Below, piece by piece: positions 29,161 to 38,643 of a DNA stretch of 64,000 nucleotides. Under the pieces are notes generated by a model that worked only from the letters and a program-made list of their open reading frames with translations, did no database searches and was not told where the DNA came from. The position numbers and the translations under genes were made by a program. Source of the DNA: Eubacteriales bacterium (GTDB taxonomy: Bacteria > Bacillota > Clostridia > Oscillospirales > CAG-272); the NCBI GenBank assembly GCA_045594305.1, contig JAZNYH010000079.1, positions 171-64,170 of the forward strand, given 5' to 3'. How positions within the stretch are numbered: the stretch's first letter is position 1; each line of letters begins with the position of its first letter.

Positions 29161-31668
29161 TTATTTAGCATCAAGCCATGTGCCACCAATGCCGGTATCG
29201 GCAGTTAATGGGGCAGAGAGCCTTACAGCGTTCTCCATTTCTGTTTTAAGAATTTCACGAGCCTTGTCAGCACAGGATTTGTGAGCCTCAACAATAAGCT
29301 CATCGTGTACTTGAAGAATTAATTTTGCATCAATTTTAGCCTCTTTAAGGGCGTTGAATACCCTAATCATAGCTATTTTTATAATATCAGCGGCACTGCC
29401 TTGAATAGGAGAGTTCATAGCAACTCTTTCTCCAAAGGAGCGAATGTTATAATTCTTGGATTGAAGCTCTGGAATATATCTGCGTCTTGCAAACATGGTT
29501 TCAGCATATCCCTTTTCCTTAGCACCTTCAATCAAAGATTGAATATAGCTATGAACATCGGGATAGGTAGCAAAGTAAGAGTCAATATAAGCCTTTGCTT
29601 CCTTTCTTGTTGTGTGTAGATCCTTAGCAAGAGAGAACTCACCAATTCCATAAACAATACCGAAGTTAACTGCTTTAGCACGCTTTCTAAGCTCGGGAGA
29701 AACCATATCGGCAGAAACATTGAATACCTGCGATGCGGTCATTGTATGAATGTCCATTCCAGAATTGAAGGCGTATATCATATTAGCATCGCCAGAGAGG
29801 TGTGCAAGCACCTTTAACTCGATTTGAGAATAGTCCGCATCAATAAGAACATAGTCCTCGCTTTTGGGAATGAAGTATTTTCTTAGCTCCTTTCCAAGTT
29901 CAGTTCTTATAGGAATGTTTTGAAGGTTAGGCTCTGATGAGGAAAGACGGCCTGTCACAGTAACGGTTTGATTAAAGGTAGAGTGTATTCTTCCATCATC
30001 ACCTGCAACCTTTAAAAGCCCATCACAATAGGTGCTTTTAAGCTTCATAAGCTGTCTATATTCCAAAATTTCATCAATGATAGGGGATTCACTTCTTAAA
30101 TCCTCAAGGACATGAGCATCAGTAGAATAGCCACTTTTGGTTTTCTTTCCGTGAGCAAGTCCCATCTTTTCGAACAAAACTACACCAAGCTGCTTTGGAG
30201 AATTTATATTAAATTCCTCACCTGCAAGCATATATATTCTTGATTTGAAGCCCTCGGCAAGGTCGGAAAGATATTGTCCATAGGACAAAAGACCATTTGT
30301 ATCAACCTTAAAGCCAAGCCTTTCCATAGAGGAAAGCACCTTAGCAAGTGGAATTTCTATATCGTTCAGTATAGCTAATGCATTGATTTTTTCGCACTCA
30401 GCATAGAGTATCTTATAAAGCTCGAATATAAGCTGAGCACCGTGCTCTGGCGTAAATTCAGCGTTTAAATATTTAATGCAAAGCTTGTCAAGCTCATATG
30501 ATGCATCAGAGGGAGATACAAGATATGCAGAAAGCATAGTATCAAAATAACAATCAAATTCAAATGAGCTTGACCACGATTTATAATCGTGACAAATTAT
30601 CTTATTGCTTTCAAGGAAGCTTGAAAAATCATCTCCGTCATAGGAAAAGCTATATTTTTCGTTATAAATATAGAGCTTTTTTTCGTGAAAATGAACGGCA
30701 AGAGTTTCACCCTTTATGTCATCAAGAACGCCAATAGGAAAGGCTTCCTTTACATCCTCAGTTGATATTACGGGAGCAGAAATGCTTTGCCTTTTTGTTG
30801 GATCAAATACTATGTTGAATTTTTTGAGAAGGCTTTCAAATTCAAGCCTTAAAAACAGGTCAGATGCAATCTCGGCATCTATGCCTCTATATTCAAAGTC
30901 AGCAATATCCTTACCAATAGGAGCATCACAAGCAATGGTAGCCAAGAACCTTGAGATATAAGCCATCTCGTGGCCAGCCTCGAGCTTTGCCTTCATTCCA
31001 GCAGATAGGGTAGAGTCGGCATAGGATTTATAAATTTCATCAAGAGAGCCAAAGTCAGCAACAAGCTTGAATGCACCCTTTTCTCCAATTCCTGCAATGC
31101 CTGGAATATTATCAGAGGAATCACCCATAATAGCCTTTACATCTATAAACTGAGTAGGTGTTACTCCAAAGTCCTCAATGAATTTATTGGTGTCGTAAAG
31201 AATATCCTCCTTGGTTTTTACAAGAATAACCGAACAGCTTGCGTTGATTAGCTGAAGCGAATCACGATCTCCTGTCAAAATGTAGGAATGAATATCCATA
31301 TCGCTCATGGCAATACGAGAAACAGTACCGATAACATCATCAGCCTCGTAGCCCTCAAGCTCAACAACATTAAAGCCAAGTGCCTTTACTGCATCCTTAG
31401 CATAGGGAAGCTGAGCAGCAAGCTCCTCGGGCATTGGCTTTCTATTAGCCTTATAAAAGTCGTGTGCTAAATGTCTAAATGTCTTAGCACGCAAATCAAA
31501 AGCCACAACTGCATAGTCTGGCTTTAAATTATCAAGATGTCTTTTTAAAATGGTGAGCATACCATAAACAGCATTGGTAGGTAGTCCATCCTTGGTTGAA
31601 AGTGGGCGAATACCATAAAATGCACGGTTTAAAATACTGTTACCATCTACAATAAGAAGCTTTTTCAT
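29161..31668 (-). CDS. polA: DNA polymerase I
   Basis: 5' nuclease domain (LLIVDGNSILNRAFY), Pol A motifs DYSQIELKVLAH, RRxAKAVNFGIVYG and QVHDELIVE. Confidence 0.96.
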   Translation of the reverse strand: MKKLLIVDGNSILNRAFYGIRPLSTKDGLPTNAVYGMLTILKRHLDNLKPDYAVVAFDLRAKTFRHLAHDFYKANRKPMPEELAAQLPYAKDAVKALGFNVVELEGYEADDVIGTVSRIAMSDMDIHSYILTGDRDSLQLINASCSVILVKTKEDILYDTNKFIEDFGVTPTQFIDVKAIMGDSSDNIPGIAGIGEKGAFKLVADFGSLDEIYKSYADSTLSAGMKAKLEAGHEMAYISRFLATIACDAPIGKDIADFEYRGIDAEIASDLFLRLEFESLLKKFNIVFDPTKRQSISAPVISTEDVKEAFPIGVLDDIKGETLAVHFHEKKLYIYNEKYSFSYDGDDFSSFLESNKIICHDYKSWSSSFEFDCYFDTMLSAYLVSPSDASYELDKLCIKYLNAEFTPEHGAQLIFELYKILYAECEKINALAILNDIEIPLAKVLSSMERLGFKVDTNGLLSYGQYLSDLAEGFKSRIYMLAGEEFNINSPKQLGVVLFEKMGLAHGKKTKSGYSTDAHVLEDLRSESPIIDEILEYRQLMKLKSTYCDGLLKVAGDDGRIHSTFNQTVTVTGRLSSSEPNLQNIPIRTELGKELRKYFIPKSEDYVLIDADYSQIELKVLAHLSGDANMIYAFNSGMDIHTMTASQVFNVSADMVSPELRKRAKAVNFGIVYGIGEFSLAKDLHTTRKEAKAYIDSYFATYPDVHSYIQSLIEGAKEKGYAETMFARRRYIPELQSKNYNIRSFGERVAMNSPIQGSAADIIKIAMIRVFNALKEAKIDAKLILQVHDELIVEAHKSCADKAREILKTEMENAVRLSAPLTADTGIGGTWLDAK

Positions 31669-31922
31669 TTTTCCTCGTTCTCCATAGCGTTTTCGATAGC
31701 AATAGCAAGCTGATCAGCACAGGAGGTGCCACGACCACGGCAATCATTTCCTCTTAAAATTTCTATTACCCTTTTGCCATCCATACCCTCAACAAGCTTG
31801 GAAATAGCCTTTAAATTGCCATCACAGCCACCTCTAAATGAAACCTCGGATAGAACTCCATCGGTAATATCAAAGCTTATAAGCATAGAGCAAACGCCCT
31901 TTGGCTTGAAAGAATATTTCAT
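31665..31922 (-). CDS. Stand-alone TSCPD-domain protein (TIGR03905-like)
   Basis: MKYSFKPKGVCS...FRGGCDGNLKAISKLVEGM..RGTSCADQLA; AGGAGA SD before ATG 31922; stop overlaps polA ATG (ATGA). Confidence 0.7.
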   Translation of the reverse strand: MKYSFKPKGVCSMLISFDITDGVLSEVSFRGGCDGNLKAISKLVEGMDGKRVIEILRGNDCRGRGTSCADQLAIAIENAMENEEK

Positions 31923-32025
31923 AAAAATCTCCTTTTTATCTCGAAAAAATGTAGCATTTTTCGAAAATATATGATAATATATAGGTGTTACAATTATTTT
32001 AACAAAAAACGGAGAAAATTTCAAT

Positions 32026-32766
32026 ATGAGAATGAAAAAAAAGCGTCACGGCACAGAAAGATTGTCACTTATGGGTAAACTTATCGTTCAAGATCCGTCA
32101 AGTGCACCTAAAAATGTAGAGGCTATATATGGAAACAATAATCCCCTCAGAGTGGAGATTGGCTGTGGCAAGGGCGATTTTATAAGAGGTAAGTCAGAGC
32201 AGGAGAAGGATTACAACTATCTTGCAATTGAAAAAATAGCAGATGTTTTAACTCTTGCTACCGAAAAGTATGCAGGCTCAAAGGGGCTTGGCTCGCTCGC
32301 TCCAAATGGTGGTTGGCAAAGACCTGATGGAACAATATGCCCACTTGGAGCTGAGGCAGTTGACTTTACTAACGAGGAAATAGGAAATGTAAGATTTGCA
32401 TTGGGCGATGCTGCGGAGCTTTTAAAGGACTTTCCTGATAATTCCGTAGATGCTATATATGTTAATTTCTGCGATCCTTGGAGTAAAAAGGGACATACAA
32501 AGCGTCGTCTTACATACATTAGCTTCTTGAATATGTATTCAAGGATTTTGGTGAATGGTGGAAAATTCTATTTTAAGACTGATAATAGAGATTTGTTTGA
32601 TTTTTCACTTGAACAGGTAGATATATCAAGCTTTGAGCTTGAATATAAGACATACGACCTACATGCATCCGAAATGAATGATGTTAACATACAGACAGAG
32701 TACGAGCGTAATTTCACCGAAAAGGGCTTTAAGATAAATATGCTTATCGCAAAAAATAAAAAATAA
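32026..32766 (+). CDS. trmB: tRNA (guanine46-N7)-methyltransferase
   Basis: EIGCGKGDF SAM motif, NFCDPWSKKGHTKRRL, FKTDN; carries an internal insertion relative to Bacillus TrmB. Confidence 0.88.
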   Translation: MRMKKKRHGTERLSLMGKLIVQDPSSAPKNVEAIYGNNNPLRVEIGCGKGDFIRGKSEQEKDYNYLAIEKIADVLTLATEKYAGSKGLGSLAPNGGWQRPDGTICPLGAEAVDFTNEEIGNVRFALGDAAELLKDFPDNSVDAIYVNFCDPWSKKGHTKRRLTYISFLNMYSRILVNGGKFYFKTDNRDLFDFSLEQVDISSFELEYKTYDLHASEMNDVNIQTEYERNFTEKGFKINMLIAKNKK

Positions 32767-32771
32767 TGCTT

Positions 32772-32798
32772 ACCTTTTTAAAAAAGCATCATATCATA
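32772..32798 (+). promoter_or_regulatory. Candidate sigma-K-type promoter upstream of dpaAB
   Basis: AC (32772-73), 16 nt, CATAtcaTA (32790-98) fits the recalled AC-N16/17-CATAnnnTA consensus. Bacillus spoVF is sigma-K dependent. Confidence 0.35.
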
Positions 32799-32841
32799 AA
32801 ATTGAGAGGCAATTCTCAAATAAATTTATAAAGGAAACGAT

Positions 32842-33591
32842 ATGAACGAAATCAATATTATTTCCTCTGACGCTCGATATGATGCTCTTTACGAAAGGCT
32901 AAGGCAAGGTGGCTATTCCTGCAAGCTATGTAATATAAATGATGATATGGATTGTAGGATTTTAATATTGCCAATCAAGAGCACGCTTACTGACGAGGAG
33001 CTTTCAAGTATTCTTCGGCGGATAAAAAGCGATGCTCTTGTTTTTTCTGGAGAGAGCGAAAGAGTAAAAAGGTATTTTAATGGAGCAATAGTCGATTATA
33101 CCTTGGATGAGAAATTTATAGATGCCAATGCGTATATAACGGCCGAGTGCTCAATAGCTCTTGCACAGATAGATTCTAAGCGAACAATGCGAGGAGCTAA
33201 GGTAGCTATCATAGGCTATGGTAGAATAGGAAAGCATCTTACAAGGCTTCTTATAGGAATGGGAGCAGAGGTATATGTGCTTGCAAGACGAGAGGGTAGT
33301 CGAGCCGAGGCGGAGATGGCAGGAGCATTTGCTCTTGGAATAGACGGTATTAATGAGAAAAGGTATGACTTGATTTTTAATACTGTTCCAAGCAAAATAA
33401 TCACAAGGTCACAAAGCGATAAAATCCCAAGGAATACCATAACTTACGACCTTGCATCCTTGCCAGGTGGCTTTGAGGATGACGCTTTTCCAAAAAGAGC
33501 ACTTGCACTACCTGGAAAAATGATGCCTAAAAGTGCAGGTGAGGCGATATTTGATTTCGTTGAGAGATACTTTTCTAACGAAAGGAAATAA
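32842..33591 (+). CDS. dpaA: Dipicolinate synthase subunit A
   Basis: Rossmann motif VAIIGYGRIGKHL; paired with dpaB. Confidence 0.8.
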   Translation: MNEINIISSDARYDALYERLRQGGYSCKLCNINDDMDCRILILPIKSTLTDEELSSILRRIKSDALVFSGESERVKRYFNGAIVDYTLDEKFIDANAYITAECSIALAQIDSKRTMRGAKVAIIGYGRIGKHLTRLLIGMGAEVYVLARREGSRAEAEMAGAFALGIDGINEKRYDLIFNTVPSKIITRSQSDKIPRNTITYDLASLPGGFEDDAFPKRALALPGKMMPKSAGEAIFDFVERYFSNERK

Positions 33592-33593
33592 GT

Positions 33594-34154
33594 ATGATAG
33601 GATACGCATTTTGTGGTTCATTTTGCACCCACAAGCAAAGCGTTGAGCAACTGGTTCACTTGAAGGAGCAGGGATATGATATTTTGCCTATAATGAGCGA
33701 AAATGTATATTCTACGAATACTCGCTTTGGAGAGGCAAGTGAGCTTATAAAAAGGGTAGAGACAATTACAGGTAGAGAGGTGGTTCATACAATTGTAGAG
33801 GCAGAGCCACTCGGTCCTAAAATAGCTCTTGATGCACTTGTTATAGCACCATGTACGGGAAATACTCTTGCAAAAATCGCAAGAGGAATAACTGATACTG
33901 CAGTGACAATGACCGCTAAGGCTCACCTAAGAGCTGATAGACCACTTGTTGTGGCACTTTGCTCAAATGATGCTCTAAGTGCAAATCTGCAAAATATAAG
34001 CATATTGCTTGAACGCAAGCATGTGTATTTTGTGCCAATGAAGCAGGATGATCCAACAAGAAAGCCTCACTCACTAATATCGGAGTTTTCTCTGGTTCCT
34101 GAGACCTTGTCACATGCGATAAGCTCGAAGCAATTAAGACCGATTTTTATATAA
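33594..34154 (+). CDS. dpaB: Dipicolinate synthase subunit B (flavoprotein)
   Basis: GYAFCGSFCT...APCTGNTLAKIA flavoprotein signature. Confidence 0.85.
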   Translation: MIGYAFCGSFCTHKQSVEQLVHLKEQGYDILPIMSENVYSTNTRFGEASELIKRVETITGREVVHTIVEAEPLGPKIALDALVIAPCTGNTLAKIARGITDTAVTMTAKAHLRADRPLVVALCSNDALSANLQNISILLERKHVYFVPMKQDDPTRKPHSLISEFSLVPETLSHAISSKQLRPIFI

Positions 34155-34187
34155 AAAAAGCCCTGCAATTTTTGTTGCAGGGCTTTT
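34155..34187. terminator. Bidirectional terminator between dpaB and trmL
   Basis: AAAAAGCCCTGCAA-tttttg-TTGCAGGGCTTTT. Confidence 0.8.
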
Positions 34188-34256
34188 GTAATTATTCATA
34201 AAGAATATTGTTGTATTGTAAAATCTATGAATTTTTGAATATTTAAATTTAAAAAT

Positions 34257-34751
34257 TCAAATCTGCGTTATCCATCCACCATCCTCGCACAAGTCATTAA
34301 AGTCGTGCTGACGCAAAAATTCATATGCGGCAATGGCAACAGAATTGGATTGATTAAGGGAGCGAAGCCCTTCTTTCATAGGGATTCTAAGGCATTTTTC
34401 AGGAAATGATGCTAAAAGCTTTTCGGGCAGACCACAGCTTTCCTTGCCAAAGAAGAAATAAGCGTTATCACCATATTGAATATCAGTATATTTTTTAGAT
34501 GCTTTTTTGGTAAAAAGATAAAATTCTATGTCCTTATTCTTATCAAAAAAATCATCAATATTCTCATAATATCTTATATCAAGATGATACCAGTAATCCA
34601 TTCCTGCACGCTTCAATTTTGCGTCATCAATTTTAAAGCCAAAGGGCTTTATCATATGCAGGGTAGCGTCAGTTGCAGCACAGGTGCGAGCAATGTTTCC
34701 TGTGTTTTGTGGAATTTCAGGCTCTAATAAAACTATGTTAAGCTTACTCAT
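34257..34751 (-). CDS. trmL: tRNA (cytidine/uridine34-2'-O)-methyltransferase TrmL
   Basis: LNIVLLEPEIPQNTGNIARTCAAT..KRAGMDYW, SPOUT C-terminal SLNQSNSVAIA. Confidence 0.85.
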   Translation of the reverse strand: MSKLNIVLLEPEIPQNTGNIARTCAATDATLHMIKPFGFKIDDAKLKRAGMDYWYHLDIRYYENIDDFFDKNKDIEFYLFTKKASKKYTDIQYGDNAYFFFGKESCGLPEKLLASFPEKCLRIPMKEGLRSLNQSNSVAIAAYEFLRQHDFNDLCEDGGWITQI

Positions 34752-34935
34752 TTTTTACTCCAAAAAGGTTTTTCTACGACTATTATAATATCAAATTTGT
34801 CAAAAAACAACGCTTTTTGTAATAAAATTAAATTAAAATTTATAAATAAGTATGGAATTTGACAATTTTGTGTGCTATTATATATATGTTAAAATAGGTT
34901 TACCAAGTGAAAGGACGCCGTTTGGCGATTATAAA

Positions 34936-37900
34936 ATGGGAATTTTTTCAAAAATATTTGGCACTTACAGTGATAAGCAAATAAAAAAGATAATGCCAAT
35001 AGTCGATAAAATAGAAGAGCTTGCTCCTGATTTTAAGGAAATGAGCGATGCTGATATGCGTGCTATGACTGACAAATTTAAGCAAAGACTTGCAGATGGA
35101 GAAACGCTTGATGATATTCTTCCCGAGGCTTACGCTCTTGTCAGAGAGGCTGATGATAGAGTTCTTGGCAAAAGGCCCTTTAAGGTTCAGCTTATTTGTG
35201 GAGTTTTGCTTCATCAGGGACGAGTTGCAGAGATGAAGACTGGTGAGGGTAAAACTCTTGTTGCAACCCTTCCTGCGTATCTTAATGCTCTTACTGGAAA
35301 GGGCGTGCACATAGTAACTGTAAACGAATATCTTGCTGACCTTGGCAGAGATGAGATGGGAAGAGTTTTCGAATTTCTTGGTCTTACAACAGGTCTTATC
35401 GTTCATGGACAAACAAAGGAAGAGAAAAAGCTCGCATATGCTTGCGATATAACATATGGTACAAATAACGAGCTTGGCTTTGATTATCTTCGTGACAATA
35501 TGGTTGGAAGCGTTGAAAGAATTTGTCAAAGAGGACATAACTTTGCAATAGTCGATGAGGTTGACTCCATTCTTATTGATGAGGCGAGAACTCCTCTTAT
35601 AATTTCCGGCGAGGGAAGAAAGAGCACTGATCTTTATAAGAAGGTAGACGAGTTTGTAAAAAAGCTATCTAAGCATGTAGTAAAAGAGCTTGATATGAAG
35701 GTGCTTAATGATGTTGTATACATTTTTAACGCTGAATATTATGACTACAAGGACGGTGGCGACAAGCGTGAGCTCATTCTCGAAAGCAAGATTTTTTCAA
35801 GCCTTGAAGAGGTTCAACAGAGAATAGATGAGCTTAAAGAAGATTATTTAAACGATAAGATGCCTATAAAGAAGGAAACAGAGTTTTCCGACAAGGCTCT
35901 TTTAAAGTATAATTCTTGCTTGTTTGAGGCAGGAGCAAAGAACGGCAACCGTGATAATTACCTAAAAATAAGACTTGAAGCAAGAGATTACATTGTTGAT
36001 GAAAAGGCAAGAAGTGTAACTCTTACTAAGCACGGAATTGAAAAGGCAGAGAGCTACTTTAAGCTTGGCGAGTACTCGGTTGATAAGAGTGAAGACGGCA
36101 CTATTGAGGATTTTGATGAAAATCTATTAACCTCTCCACAAAACTCTGAGCTTAATCACCATATTCAAATTGCTATAAAGGCTCATGGAATTATGCACAG
36201 AGATATTGATTATGTTGTTAGCAATAATCAGGTAATCATAGTTGATACCTTCACAGGCCGTTTAATGCCCGGAAGACGCTATAATGATGGCTTGCATCAA
36301 GCAATAGAGGCTAAGGAGCATGTAAATGTTCAAAAGGAAAACCGCACTATTGCTACCATTACATTCCAAAACTATTTTAGAATGTATACAAAGCTCTCAG
36401 GAATGACTGGTACAGCACTTTCCGAGGAGATGGAGTTTAGAGAAATATATGGTCTTGATGTTGTTGAGGTTCCAACCAACAAGGAAATGATAAGAAAGGA
36501 CCATAATGACCTTGTTTACAGAACAAGGGAAGCAAAGGAAAGAGCAATTATAAGAAAAATTGAGGAGTGCCACGCAAAGGGACAGCCTGTGCTTGTTGGT
36601 ACTGTATCAGTTGAAAAATCGGAGCAATTATCTAAAAAACTGAATCAAAAAAACATTCCTCATAATGTCTTAAATGCAAAGCACCACGAAAAGGAAGCTG
36701 AAATAGTTGCTCAGGCAGGTAAGCTTGGTGCAGTTACCATTTCAACAAATATGGCAGGTCGTGGAACGGATATTATGCTCGGTGGTAATGCGGAATATCT
36801 TGCTAAATTAGAGCTTAAAAAGAAGGGCTATGAGGATGAGCTGATTGCTCTCGCTACGGGACTTTCGGAGTCTATTAGCGATGAGGCTCGTAAGGTAAGG
36901 TCGCTTTATCGAGAGTATTATGCAAAATTCAAGAGTGAAATAGCTCCCGAGGCGGAGGCTGTTAAAAAAGCAGGCGGACTGCTTATAATTGGTACAGAGC
37001 GTCACGAGAGTAGAAGAATAGATAATCAGCTAAGAGGTCGTGCTGGACGACAGGGAGATCCAGGAGAGTCAATTTTCTATCTTTCGTTAGAGGATGATCT
37101 TGTTCGCCTTTTTGGTGGTGATAGAATAGACGGCATTTTTGGAAGAATGCTTGATGATGATACCCCACTTGATATGAGACTTCTTTCTGGTATGGTCGAA
37201 AATGCCCAAAAGAGAATAGAGTCAAACAACTTCCAAAGAAGAAAGCATGTTATCTCCTATGATGATGTTATGAACCAACAAAGAAATACCATCTACGCAC
37301 AGCGTAGAGAGGCTCTTGAAGGAAAGGATTTAAGAGAAAAAATCGAAAAAATGATTATTTCTACTATTTCTAATGCAGTCGAGCTTCATACCATGGGTGC
37401 AAGAGAGGAATGGGAGATTAAGAGCCTCATAAGTAAATACAATGGTCTTATTTGCTCATCAGGTGATTTTGCCGATGATAAAATATCAAGGGATGAGATA
37501 AGAGAGACTCTTGTTGATCGTGCTATAAAGCTATGGAAGGAAAAGGAAGAAAAGTTTGGCGAGGAGAAGGTTCGCATGGCGGAGCGAGATTTGCTCCTTA
37601 GAAATGTAGATGAAAAGTGGATGGATCATCTCGAGGCTATGGAGGATCTTCGTGATAGCATTTCTCTTCAATCGTATGCTCAAAGAAATCCCGTAAACGA
37701 ATATAGACTTGCCGGCGCAGACCTTTTCGATGATATGGTTGTGGCAATCCGTGAGGATACAGTAAGACAAATACTGTCAATTTCAAAAATTGAAAAGATA
37801 AGCGCACAGGACGCTGCGAAAATTCATAGCGAGGGCTTTGCCTCAGAGGGTGGCTCAGGAAAGCAGGCTCCGCAGCAGGTTAACAAGCAACCTGTTAGGG

Positions 37901-37989
37901 TACAAAAGGTTGGAAGAAACGAAATGTGTCCCTGCGGAAGTGGTCAAAAGTACAAAAAATGCTGTGGCGCTAACCGAAGCGGAGAGTAA
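34936..37989 (+). CDS. secA: Preprotein translocase ATPase SecA (long form, about 1017 aa)
   Basis: MGIFSKIFGT..., Walker A MKTGEGKTL, DEVDSILIDEARTPLIISG, TNMAGRGTDI, C-terminal zinc finger CPCGSGQKYKKCCG; start trimmed from ORF-track 34852. Confidence 0.96.
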   Translation: MGIFSKIFGTYSDKQIKKIMPIVDKIEELAPDFKEMSDADMRAMTDKFKQRLADGETLDDILPEAYALVREADDRVLGKRPFKVQLICGVLLHQGRVAEMKTGEGKTLVATLPAYLNALTGKGVHIVTVNEYLADLGRDEMGRVFEFLGLTTGLIVHGQTKEEKKLAYACDITYGTNNELGFDYLRDNMVGSVERICQRGHNFAIVDEVDSILIDEARTPLIISGEGRKSTDLYKKVDEFVKKLSKHVVKELDMKVLNDVVYIFNAEYYDYKDGGDKRELILESKIFSSLEEVQQRIDELKEDYLNDKMPIKKETEFSDKALLKYNSCLFEAGAKNGNRDNYLKIRLEARDYIVDEKARSVTLTKHGIEKAESYFKLGEYSVDKSEDGTIEDFDENLLTSPQNSELNHHIQIAIKAHGIMHRDIDYVVSNNQVIIVDTFTGRLMPGRRYNDGLHQAIEAKEHVNVQKENRTIATITFQNYFRMYTKLSGMTGTALSEEMEFREIYGLDVVEVPTNKEMIRKDHNDLVYRTREAKERAIIRKIEECHAKGQPVLVGTVSVEKSEQLSKKLNQKNIPHNVLNAKHHEKEAEIVAQAGKLGAVTISTNMAGRGTDIMLGGNAEYLAKLELKKKGYEDELIALATGLSESISDEARKVRSLYREYYAKFKSEIAPEAEAVKKAGGLLIIGTERHESRRIDNQLRGRAGRQGDPGESIFYLSLEDDLVRLFGGDRIDGIFGRMLDDDTPLDMRLLSGMVENAQKRIESNNFQRRKHVISYDDVMNQQRNTIYAQRREALEGKDLREKIEKMIISTISNAVELHTMGAREEWEIKSLISKYNGLICSSGDFADDKISRDEIRETLVDRAIKLWKEKEEKFGEEKVRMAERDLLLRNVDEKWMDHLEAMEDLRDSISLQSYAQRNPVNEYRLAGADLFDDMVVAIREDTVRQILSISKIEKISAQDAAKIHSEGFASEGGSGKQAPQQVNKQPVRVQKVGRNEMCPCGSGQKYKKCCGANRSGE

Positions 37990-37992
37990 AAA

Positions 37993-38643
37993 ATGGGATT
38001 TGGAATAATGATTATAGGGTGCTTTTTCCTATTGTTAGGAGCGTTTACCTCGCTCGCACCCTTTACATATGTTATTGGAAGTGCGATTTTGCTTTATTCC
38101 TTGAAGGAATTAATAAGGCAAAATAAGCTTTTCATTGTGACAATGTCACTCACCGTAGCTCAGCTGGCTTTGTCAATGGTGAATATGTTCGTTTATGTGC
38201 TTTCAGCCTCGCAAACGCTTGTAGATGTTTTTGCAAATGTGTTACAGCTGATGAACTTCTCGCTTTGCATGGTGCTTATAACCTCGATTTTTATACTTGC
38301 AAAAGAGGTGGAGCTGCCATCGCTCCAAGGAAAAATAATTCTTACATATGTTTTTGCGGGAATTTATTTTGTTGCGATGATGCTTGCAAATACTGCCTTT
38401 AAAAGTAGTGAGGTGGGTATGCAAAGAGTAGCGGTTATAGTTTTCTTTACACAGCTCATATATGTTATTATGACCTTGGTTGTCGTGGTAAATTCTTATA
38501 TGCGAATATGCTATGAGGATGATGTCGATATGACCAAAAAAACAGGAAATGCAACTCTTGATTTCTTAAACGATAAGCTAAATGTTGCAATGACACCAAA
38601 AGAGAAGAAGGATATTGAAAAAAACAAGGGAGAGAAGAAATGA
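37993..38643 (+). CDS. Hypothetical polytopic membrane protein (about 6 TM, Lys-rich tail), coupled to secA
   Basis: ATG lies 3 nt after the secA stop, with GGAGAG SD inside the secA 3' end; hydrophobic throughout; no family recognised. Confidence 0.7.
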   Translation: MGFGIMIIGCFFLLLGAFTSLAPFTYVIGSAILLYSLKELIRQNKLFIVTMSLTVAQLALSMVNMFVYVLSASQTLVDVFANVLQLMNFSLCMVLITSIFILAKEVELPSLQGKIILTYVFAGIYFVAMMLANTAFKSSEVGMQRVAVIVFFTQLIYVIMTLVVVVNSYMRICYEDDVDMTKKTGNATLDFLNDKLNVAMTPKEKKDIEKNKGEKK

